DNA from: a bacterium
GTDB taxonomy: Bacteria > Patescibacteriota > Minisyncoccia > Phycocordibacterales > Phycocordibacteraceae
Direction of reading: 5' to 3'
Assembly (NCBI GenBank): GCA_027311385.1
Contig: DAICZA010000003.1
Span: 1-40,398 of the forward strand
Length of the DNA stretch: 40,398 nt
Shown here: positions 34,489 to 40,398 of the stretch, piece after piece
Layout: each line of letters starts with the position of its first letter
Numbering within the stretch: the first letter of the stretch is position 1
Notes under the pieces: generated by a model
What the model was told of the DNA's origin: nothing
Databases searched by the model: none
What the model saw: the letters and a program-made list of their open reading frames with translations, nothing else
Translations under genes and position numbers: made by a program

Positions 34489-34563
34489 ATTTGTATGTAG
34501 TTAGTGTCTGGCAAAAACGACCTTTCCCAGCATAGCACCCTTTGCCGCCGGTGTGAACCCCCT

Positions 34564-34935
34564 CTACCCTACGTAGAAGAGGCAGAGACCGGCGACGAGG
34601 ACGATGAGGCCGTAGATGCTGAGTGACCGGAAGAATTTCTTTGTCGCGAACCGCTCCAGCACCTGCGGCGCGAAGATGTAGAGCAAGCCCTTTGCAAGGA
34701 CGAGCCAGAGGATGATGGTGATAATCGCGCGCCACGTGCCGTCCCAGATATTGCTCTTGAAAAGCAGCAGGGTGGAAACGACGACCATGCCGACGCCGAG
34801 CAAGTACACGATGGCCGGGTGGTCAAAGAGGTCCTTGATCAGTTGCGGGACCGTCTTGCCTTTGAATATGAGGAAGAGACCGGCGACGACGAGATACACG
34901 CCCAGCACTTTTGCAATCAGCAACGAAATGCTCAT
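34564..34935 (-). CDS. Hypothetical membrane protein (4 TM helices)
   Basis: 123-aa ORF, hydrophobic throughout. No family recognised. Confidence 0.55.
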   Translation of the reverse strand: MSISLLIAKVLGVYLVVAGLFLIFKGKTVPQLIKDLFDHPAIVYLLGVGMVVVSTLLLFKSNIWDGTWRAIITIILWLVLAKGLLYIFAPQVLERFATKKFFRSLSIYGLIVLVAGLCLFYVG

Positions 34936-34980
34936 AGCGAATTAATGATGGTTAATGCGTATAGCGTAGCACCTTTTCAT

Positions 34981-35009
34981 TTGATTTTTGCCGGTTATGC
35001 GTCTAGTAT
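34981..35009 (+). promoter_or_regulatory. Sigma-70-like promoter TTGATT-17nt-TAGTAT
   Basis: -35 at 34981-34986 and -10 at 35004-35009, with exact 17-nt spacing, about 45 nt upstream of an AAGGAGG-led small ORF. Confidence 0.55.
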
Positions 35010-35056
35010 TGGGAACCAGAGCAGTATCCCGCCAACCAACAGAAAAAGGAGGCGTT

Positions 35057-35248
35057 GTGATCCATATCCAGGTAGAGTTTGAGTCCGGAGGCTTCGGCGC
35101 GTGTCTGTTTACCGATCAAAAACAAAAGGACAAGCGGCGAATGAAAAAGCCCCATTCGCGCAGGCACACCCAGAGAAGCAAGCGGGAAATAGCTCGTATT
35201 AAAAATGAGCTCCTGCGGCTCATGTTGCTGTTCCCCGTTACCCTATAG
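35057..35248 (+). CDS. Small basic hypothetical protein (63 aa)
   Basis: GTG 35057 is preceded by AAGGAGG (35046-35052, 4-nt spacer). A GGCGCGCC-cacca-GGCGCGCC hairpin lies downstream (about 35264-35284). The sequence is VIHIQVEFESGGFGACLFTDQKQKDKRRMKKPHSRRHTQRSKREIARIKNELLRL... Confidence 0.45.
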   Translation: MIHIQVEFESGGFGACLFTDQKQKDKRRMKKPHSRRHTQRSKREIARIKNELLRLMLLFPVTL

Positions 35249-35289
35249 CCCTCCCCGACACCGCGGCGCGCCCACCAGGCGCGCCGAAC

Positions 35290-36024
35290 TTATTTCCCCT
35301 CCTCCCCTTTCCCCAAATAGTGCTTGAGCGTATATATCCAGTCCGTCTCGGTAGCCGGCTCCTTCTCCTTTTCGGCGAGGAGCCACTCCAGATAACTCCG
35401 GTCCGTCTTCGCGACCTCCTCCAGCTTCTTGCCGTTGTACTTGCCGAACCGGATGGTGGTAAAGAGGAGTGGACGCGCCGATATCGCGAGCATCGCCTGG
35501 AGCGCCGCCTCTTCGGTGCCGTGCCGCTCCTTCATCTTGTCCATCAACCGCTCAAAGAGCGCCTCCAGCACGAGCACGTCGCCGAGCGCGTCGTGCGCCT
35601 CGGCCTCTACATCCAGGTCAAGCAGGTAGCGCAGGTACTGGAGCCGGTAGTTCGGCAAGAGGTCGTCCGGGTCAAGCGCGTAGGCGACCTTGTAGGTGCA
35701 GATGCTCCGGCGCGGGGTGACGCCCTCGCGCGCGAGCATAGAGAGGTCAAATGCCGCGTTGTGCGCGACGAGCAGCACCTCGTCGCTCTCCAGGAGGTCT
35801 TTCAGCCCCGGGTATTCGGGCGCATCGGTAAACGCCGGCTTCTCCGCCACCATCTTCTCGGTGATGTGGTGAATCGCCATAGACTCTATAGAAATCGGCA
35901 CCGGCGGCTTGTAGAGCGCGTTCACGAGCGGTTCGTCTACGTAGCGCTCCTTGACCGCCAATTGGCACAGGCGGTCTTTGTCGCTATTGCCCGTCGTCTC
36001 GGTATCTAGAAAAATAATCCGCAT
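35290..36024 (-). CDS. DEDD-family 3'-5' exonuclease (DnaQ-like) with C-terminal extension
   Basis: IIFLDTETTG, VAHNAAFDLSML and HDALGDVLV form the ExoI-III motifs. TACAAT (36031-36036) is 6 nt upstream of ATG 36024. The longer track ORF (to 36171) lacks homology. Confidence 0.85.
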   Translation of the reverse strand: MRIIFLDTETTGNSDKDRLCQLAVKERYVDEPLVNALYKPPVPISIESMAIHHITEKMVAEKPAFTDAPEYPGLKDLLESDEVLLVAHNAAFDLSMLAREGVTPRRSICTYKVAYALDPDDLLPNYRLQYLRYLLDLDVEAEAHDALGDVLVLEALFERLMDKMKERHGTEEAALQAMLAISARPLLFTTIRFGKYNGKKLEEVAKTDRSYLEWLLAEKEKEPATETDWIYTLKHYLGKGEEGK

Positions 36025-36130
36025 GAGAGTATTGTACCGCATCGCCTCGGAAGGCGCGGCTCTCCAGTACCGGATTGTGGTAGCATATATGTCTCGGAGT
36101 TCCCACTCCATTACCCTAACGGGAGGTGCT

Positions 36131-36376
36131 ATGGCGACAGTAAGAGCGTGTAAGAAACACCGCCCGACCAACCTGTTGTACGCAAAAGTGCGGGTACGAG
36201 TACCGTTCTTTTGGTGGTTCTACTGGGACGTTTTCCTCGGGAGAGAGGGACTCGTCATCAATGTTGCGTGGGACACACGACGAAGCGAGTCCCTCTGTAC
36301 CGTCCTTTTCGGGGCTTCGTGTGACGGAGTACAGCGAGTATATCCCCAAGGGAGGCTTGAATCCCTTGACCCGTGA
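36131..36376 (+). CDS. Candidate 81-aa ORF with strong SD in a 550-nt gene-free region
   Basis: GGAGGTG (36122-36128) is 2 nt before the ATG. An extended -10 TGgTAGCAT lies at 36078-36086 and a terminator at 36407-36431. Codon third positions are atypical for this genome, and an 11-bp hairpin (36244-36254/36286-36296) lies inside, so it may be RNA rather than protein. Confidence 0.35.
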   Translation: MATVRACKKHRPTNLLYAKVRVRVPFFWWFYWDVFLGREGLVINVAWDTRRSESLCTVLFGASCDGVQRVYPQGRLESLDP

Positions 36377-36406
36377 CCTTTCATCAAAAAAAATCTGACG
36401 ATTGAA

Positions 36407-36431
36407 GGAGCCCGACTGGCTCTTTCTTTTT
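36407..36431 (+). terminator. Rho-independent terminator
   Basis: GGAGCC-cgact-GGCTCT followed by TTCTTTTT. Confidence 0.6.
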
Positions 36432-36577
36432 ATCCGCCTCCCTGTGCGCGTCTGCTAAATGCCGCTCGCCGCGCGCTCCGCGCGCGGCGGTTTCTTTCTC
36501 CCCTCAATTCCCTGTCGTCTCCGTGTCCAGAAAGAGGATTCTCATAGGTCTATTCTACCGCACTCCCCGGTGAATCC

Positions 36578-37222
36578 TTACGGGTACTGCGTGCCGTCGC
36601 CCGTGATGGGTATCGTGTCACCCAAATATTTCGGCTTCAGGTGGAAGACCACGTCAAAGAGCGCTTTCTCGTCGGAAAATACTTCGCGGAGATAATTGCC
36701 GGGGAGGATATGACCGGAGTCGGCGTTCACGCCGTACGCCTGTATGCCGAGAGCCCGCGCGATGAAGAGTGCGCGCGGCAGGTGGAATGATTGCGTCGCA
36801 ATCAGCATAGAGGACACGCCGAAAATGGCGCGGGCGCGGTACATACTGCTATAGGTATCAAAGCCGGCATGGTCCAGGAAAATGTCTTTGTCCGGAATGC
36901 CTTTCGCGAGCAAGTAGAGCCGGACGGGATTCACCTCGTTATGGCTCACGGTGCTGTTATCGCCGGAGACGAGTATCTTCGCCACCTTCCCTGCCTGGTA
37001 TAGGGCGATGGCTACGTTCACGCGGTCGGTGAAGATGGGTGCGGGCTTGCCGTCTGCGAGAATCGCCGCGCCGGGAATCAGCGCGACCTCGGCGCTCGGC
37101 GCCGCGTCTATGCTCTGGTAGGTGTACGCGTACGTAGACAGACGGATATACGCATTGGTGACGAGGATGAGCGCGGGGAGCGCCACGCCGCCGAACATAC
37201 CGAGGGATATCAGGCGCTTCAT
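36578..37222 (-). CDS. sanA: SanA/DUF218 family membrane-anchored protein
   Basis: N-terminal TM helix, then ALIPGAAILADGKPAPIFTDRVNVAIALYQAGKVAKILVSGDN and DHAGFDTYSSMYRA. TATACT (37229-37234) is 6 nt upstream of ATG 37222. The ORF opens at TTG 37240. Confidence 0.8.
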   Translation of the reverse strand: MKRLISLGMFGGVALPALILVTNAYIRLSTYAYTYQSIDAAPSAEVALIPGAAILADGKPAPIFTDRVNVAIALYQAGKVAKILVSGDNSTVSHNEVNPVRLYLLAKGIPDKDIFLDHAGFDTYSSMYRARAIFGVSSMLIATQSFHLPRALFIARALGIQAYGVNADSGHILPGNYLREVFSDEKALFDVVFHLKPKYLGDTIPITGDGTQYP

Positions 37223-37296
37223 TCGTGCAGTATACGTCAATTCATAATCCCGCTTCTGTTCTCCCTCCGCCCCTCCCGCGGGTGTACTATAAACCT

Positions 37297-37776
37297 ATGA
37301 ATACAACTCTGAGGAACGTGCTCTGGCTCGCCGTCGGCCTTATCGTCGCCGGTGCGCTCATCGTGTGGCTCACGCCGCGCGGCGCCGTCGCGCCCACCGT
37401 GCCGCCGCTCGCCGCCGACCTGTACCCGCTCTACAGCGCGGACTGGAACGCGCCACACCCGGTCTCCTTGGATATCCCGCCCGCGCCGCTCTCCGGCACC
37501 GGCATTGAAGCCGTCGTCGCCACAAGCACGATGAATCCCGGCGCCGCCTTCAGTCCGTTTGACAAGTACTACGCGGACAAACTCGGCGCGCTCGGCTGGC
37601 GGGTAGACAACAGCCTGGCCGCGGGAGGCCCCGGACGCGGCCAGGTCGTCTACCGCAAGGGCGCCGGCTTCATCGCGGTCAACGTCTGGACCGACTTCCA
37701 CACCGTCTCCTCCACGAGCCCGATGCAGTGCCCCTGCGACGTCACCATCAAACTCTTCTCCACCACGGTGCCGTAG
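37297..37776 (+). CDS. Hypothetical membrane-anchored or secreted protein
   Basis: MNTTLRNVLWLAVGLIVAGALIVWL signal/anchor. TACTAT (37285-37290) is 6 nt upstream of the ATG. A strong terminator follows. Confidence 0.6.
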   Translation: MNTTLRNVLWLAVGLIVAGALIVWLTPRGAVAPTVPPLAADLYPLYSADWNAPHPVSLDIPPAPLSGTGIEAVVATSTMNPGAAFSPFDKYYADKLGALGWRVDNSLAAGGPGRGQVVYRKGAGFIAVNVWTDFHTVSSTSPMQCPCDVTIKLFSTTVP

Positions 37777-37807
37777 CGCCGCGCTAGGAAGCGCGGCGCC
37801 TTCTTTC
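37776..37807 (+). terminator. Rho-independent terminator; last high-GC feature before the right-hand island
   Basis: GCGCCGCGC-taggaa-GCGCGGCGC followed by CTTCTTT. Confidence 0.8.
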
Positions 37808-37822
37808 CCCGAGCATACGGAC

Positions 37823-37850
37823 TTGACAAAGCTTATATTCCGTGTATTAT
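37823..37850 (+). promoter_or_regulatory. Near-consensus promoter TTGACA-16nt-TATTAT
   Basis: -35 at 37823-37828 and -10 at 37845-37850, preceded by TG. It would give a leader of about 135 nt before ATG 37992. Confidence 0.6.
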
Positions 37851-37991
37851 GAGTTGCGGATAGGTGATCTGTACGGGCTATCAGGATTACACGTCTAGCA
37901 CCCAACGCATCGTGGTAACGGCCTTTGCCCCTTCTGAAAAGAAGTAAGCGGTCGTCTCCCTGTCTAATTCATTTTAGACAAGGAGAAAGCA

Positions 37992-38378
37992 ATGTTCACT
38001 TCGATATTCAACTGGTTGAAAACACTTGGGAAACCAGAAGCAACCGAGCAGGAGATTCAAGATTACATTGCGAGATTGGAGAGAGCTGTTGAAGAGCTCA
38101 CAATCGAACTTGATTATCGAGAATACCTTGCGAAGCAAGAAGCAGAGAGAGAAGCTTTTGAACGTGAAGACCGGGAAAGAGAACGAGAAAACCTTGAGTA
38201 CTGGCCTGTATGTAAAGAAGAGATTGATGAAGAAGATCTCGCCAGAGAAGAGAAGGAGCGCAGGGATCGTGAAGAGGAGGAAAGGCAGCAGCATTATCTC
38301 AGCCATTGTCCTCATTGCGGTTCGCGAATTCGTCTCGGCAGATGTTCCGCCTGTGACGACGCTTTTGGTAGAAATTGA
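37992..38378 (+). CDS. Acidic coiled-coil protein with C-terminal CxxC...CxxC zinc ribbon
   Basis: An AAGGAGA SD lies 5 nt upstream. An E/R-rich helical middle (EAEREAFEREDRERERENLE...EEKERRDREEEERQ) is followed by CPHCGSRIRLGRCSAC. GC is lower than in the core genome. Confidence 0.65.
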   Translation: MFTSIFNWLKTLGKPEATEQEIQDYIARLERAVEELTIELDYREYLAKQEAEREAFEREDRERERENLEYWPVCKEEIDEEDLAREEKERRDREEEERQQHYLSHCPHCGSRIRLGRCSACDDAFGRN

Positions 38379-38386
38379 GTAAACTG

Positions 38387-38427
38387 ACCCCGCCTTTCGG
38401 AAACGACTGGTGGGGTTTCTTATTTGG
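38387..38427 (+). terminator. Rho-independent terminator of the zinc-ribbon gene
   Basis: ACCCCGCC...GGTGGGGT stem (one G:U pair) followed by the T-rich TTCTTATTT. Confidence 0.65.
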
Positions 38428-38469
38428 AATTCGCCTTTTGTGGATAGACCCATCCTTTCGTCCCCACCC

Positions 38470-38610
38470 AATCGCCGCGGAGTACCGCGGCGATTCCCTT
38501 GTCCCGCCAGGCCGGCCATCACGGGACCTTCATCCCGTTAGAGGCAGGTCTTTTAAAAGACCGTCGGCTCTAATGGGAAAACCTACCGGGATTTAGGATT
38601 TTCCGAGCTA
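38470..38610. repeat. Cluster of hairpins in the convergent intergenic region, including a degenerate copy of the CCCGTTAGAG element
   Basis: AATCGCCGCGG-agta-CCGCGGCGATT (38470-38495). ACGGGA-ccttca-TCCCGT (38521-38538). CCCGTTAGAG (38534-38543) versus CTCTAATGGG (38568-38577), enclosing the perfect palindrome GGTCTTTTAAAAGACC. GGAAAA...TTTTCC (about 38576-38603). Confidence 0.6.
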
Positions 38611-38664
38611 TTTAGGTAATCCCCAACCTCATTGAATTTATAGCTTTATTTGATATTCTTAGCC

Positions 38665-39663
38665 TTAAGGCCTCCCAGGGTTACCTGGTGGGGTCCCCGA
38701 AGGGACAGAAGGACTGCGGTATTCGACCAAGGCCTTTGTAAATTCGGAGACTCTGTCACGTGCAATGGTGGATAGTATTGTTCTAGAAATCTCTTCGGGC
38801 CCGCCCTTCTTATGAAGAGAATTCATCAATGAGTTTGCTCGATTGATGCGCGACTCGACACGTCGTTTTTTAGCTTCTGAAGCTATCGGGAATGATCGAC
38901 CATATGTACTATTGAAATGTGCCCAACCAAATAAATCCGCGACCTCTAGCCCAAAACTTAAACCTTTTTTATTTTGAAAAGTTAAGCTATGAATACGTTT
39001 CAAACAAAATTTCGCCCACATCTGATACCTTGGTGTATGAGCAAAAGTTGATTTGTGACTTGCAGATATAAATGCCGCTAGCACTGCATCATCTTCTTGT
39101 CTTCGCGATTCCGCCATCACTTCTCCATATGCATCCTTAGTCTCTAGAAAGTGACCGAATTCGAGAATGAGTTTGCGAGCAAGTGCTTCATATAAGAAAT
39201 CGTTAAGGCCTTCCCTCTTTATAAAATCCATCACCAACCGGTCAGATACATTACGTCTTCGAGCGATACGAGTGATTCGTTCCCTATACCAGCTTTTGTC
39301 GATTCGATAAATAAAACAATACATATCAGCCCCTTCAATCAAACCTGTAAGGCGTTTAAAGAACGTGTCAATCCGCGGGTACGGGATTCTTCTGTGTCTA
39401 CGCGTTCCATCTCGATTCTTGAGTAGTCCGCCATCAACGGTGTACATCTTCTCTCGTTCGCCTTCAAATAAATCGAAAGCATGGATATTTTCAGTGGTCG
39501 GAATACTAGATTTCTCCTTGAGTGAAATCATGTAGCTGGAGAGTGCAGAATGTAAATCTTTATCAATTATAAGACCCGAGAGCAGGAAATCATCATGGTC
39601 ATCAGACAACTTTGACTTACCTGATTCGTCAATAAACAGAATGTAATTCTGTTGCTTTTGCAT
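38665..39663 (-). CDS. DUF3800 family protein
   Basis: The N-terminal NYILFIDESGKS motif and overall length fit DUF3800 as I remember it. The ATG is 4 nt after the stop of the upstream helicase-peptidase gene. GC is about 40%. Confidence 0.7.
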   Translation of the reverse strand: MQKQQNYILFIDESGKSKLSDDHDDFLLSGLIIDKDLHSALSSYMISLKEKSSIPTTENIHAFDLFEGEREKMYTVDGGLLKNRDGTRRHRRIPYPRIDTFFKRLTGLIEGADMYCFIYRIDKSWYRERITRIARRRNVSDRLVMDFIKREGLNDFLYEALARKLILEFGHFLETKDAYGEVMAESRRQEDDAVLAAFISASHKSTFAHTPRYQMWAKFCLKRIHSLTFQNKKGLSFGLEVADLFGWAHFNSTYGRSFPIASEAKKRRVESRINRANSLMNSLHKKGGPEEISRTILSTIARDRVSEFTKALVEYRSPSVPSGTPPGNPGRP

Positions 39664-39667
39664 GCAT

Positions 39668-40398
39668 TTATTGTATCAAACCGCTCGGCTTGATAACTTC
39701 TTGAACAATTCCCTGCACACTGTCACTCTCGCCGGGAGTAATCGGCATATGCTTTTTATTTGTACTCCTAGGAATTAGCAGACGAATGCCGTCTTTTCGT
39801 GGACCATATTCTTTAATGGTGACGTTTTCACCACCAAGAAGGGCTATGACCCGGTCACCCGTATCAGCTTTTTCTTGCAGACGGCATAGTACGAGATCAT
39901 CATCATTTATGCCCGCGAGATTCATCGAGTCACCCTCAGCCCTGAGAATGAAATATCTGAATCCAGGTTTTATTTTTGACTTCTCCACTAAAATATAGTC
40001 TTCAATATTCTGTTCTCCTACTAATGGATTACCACACGGAGCCGAGCCCACCAGCGGCACACGGATCATGTCTATAGTAATTGGCGACAAAACAGGTGTA
40101 ACGTATTTCTGATAACTTTCTCTTGTCTCAATTCTACTTTTGAAAAACTTCTCTGTTTCTTTGTCTACAAAATACACATAGCATCCCTTCATTCCGCGAG
40201 TAAGAAGGACACGATAGGTATTTTTAAGGAGGTCGACAAGTTTTTCTCCAGAACGCTTCACGACACTGTCTGCGGATTTCTCCCTTAATGCAATCCAGGT
40301 TTGATTCTCGAAGTTGTAAACAAGATCAGGACCGATGATGACCCCCACGTAATCAAACTCGAAGCCTTGAATCGTATAGATGCTCCCTATTTGATTCA
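39668..40398 (-). CDS. DUF2075/Schlafen-type SF1 helicase C-terminus fused to a LexA/UmuD-like S24 peptidase (5'-truncated by the window edge)
   Basis: The frame stays open to the window end (the M in the track is an internal GTG). IYTIQGFEFDYVGVIIGPDL and YRVLLTRGMKGCYVYF are helicase motifs of DUF2075 type. Next come IRVPLVGSAPCGNPLVGEQNIE (LexA-like cleavage region), GDSM (Ser nucleophile) and VTIKEY (Lys). Confidence 0.75.
   Translation of the reverse strand, partial: NQIGSIYTIQGFEFDYVGVIIGPDLVYNFENQTWIALREKSADSVVKRSGEKLVDLLKNTYRVLLTRGMKGCYVYFVDKETEKFFKSRIETRESYQKYVTPVLSPITIDMIRVPLVGSAPCGNPLVGEQNIEDYILVEKSKIKPGFRYFILRAEGDSMNLAGINDDDLVLCRLQEKADTGDRVIALLGGENVTIKEYGPRKDGIRLLIPRSTNKKHMPITPGESDSVQGIVQEVIKPSGLIQ

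Noticed and set aside
36025-36577. SRP RNA or 6S RNA in the long spacer.
   Set aside because: The conserved SRP domain IV motif (GGAA...AGCA symmetric loop context) is not recognisable on either strand, and there is no extended 6S-like imperfect hairpin. It is left as an unassigned structured region.

Overview
This is a 40.4-kb stretch of a compact, high-GC (about 60% by eye) bacterial chromosome. It carries about 40 protein genes, mostly on the minus strand and mostly housekeeping: lepA, murJ, class II RNR, htpX, malic enzyme, recG, ftsH, smpB, pyrE, cfa, typA, an NRAMP transporter, ABC-F, a pseudouridine synthase and sanA. RNA genes are RNase P RNA, tmRNA, tRNA-Gly(CCC), tRNA-Ser(GGA) and tRNA-Ile(UAU). 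The gene content (pilin-like protein, a giant O-antigen-ligase/TPR membrane protein, few biosynthetic genes) fits a small-genome Patescibacteria/CPR-like organism, but that is inference only.

Two lower-GC accessory segments sit at the window edges.
- Segment 1-3446 holds cas2-cas1 and a divergent large serine recombinase next to tRNA-Gly. It has an iteron-like AT-rich repeat field but no effector or CRISPR array in view.
- Segment ~37.8-40.4 kb holds a window-truncated DUF2075/Schlafen-type helicase fused to a LexA/UmuD-type S24 peptidase, coupled to a DUF3800 protein. This is my best candidate for an undescribed, defence-like system.

Other signals:
- An intact tRNA-Ile(UAU) is nested in the anticodon loop of a disrupted paralogue.
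- tRNA-Ser appears chimeric, and its apparent original 3' end lies 85 bp downstream.
- There are two palindromic repeat families. One is inserted in-frame in recG; the other forms the 5' ends of lepA and the malic-enzyme gene.
- A 39-nt copy of the typA 5' end lies upstream of typA.
- A -10-like hexamer sits 6-9 nt upstream of more than 20 start codons or RNA 5' ends, implying leaderless mRNAs. I used this to refine starts.

Many long ORFs in the track are antisense shadows of high-GC genes. Coordinates of RNA and hairpin features may be off by 1-2 nt.
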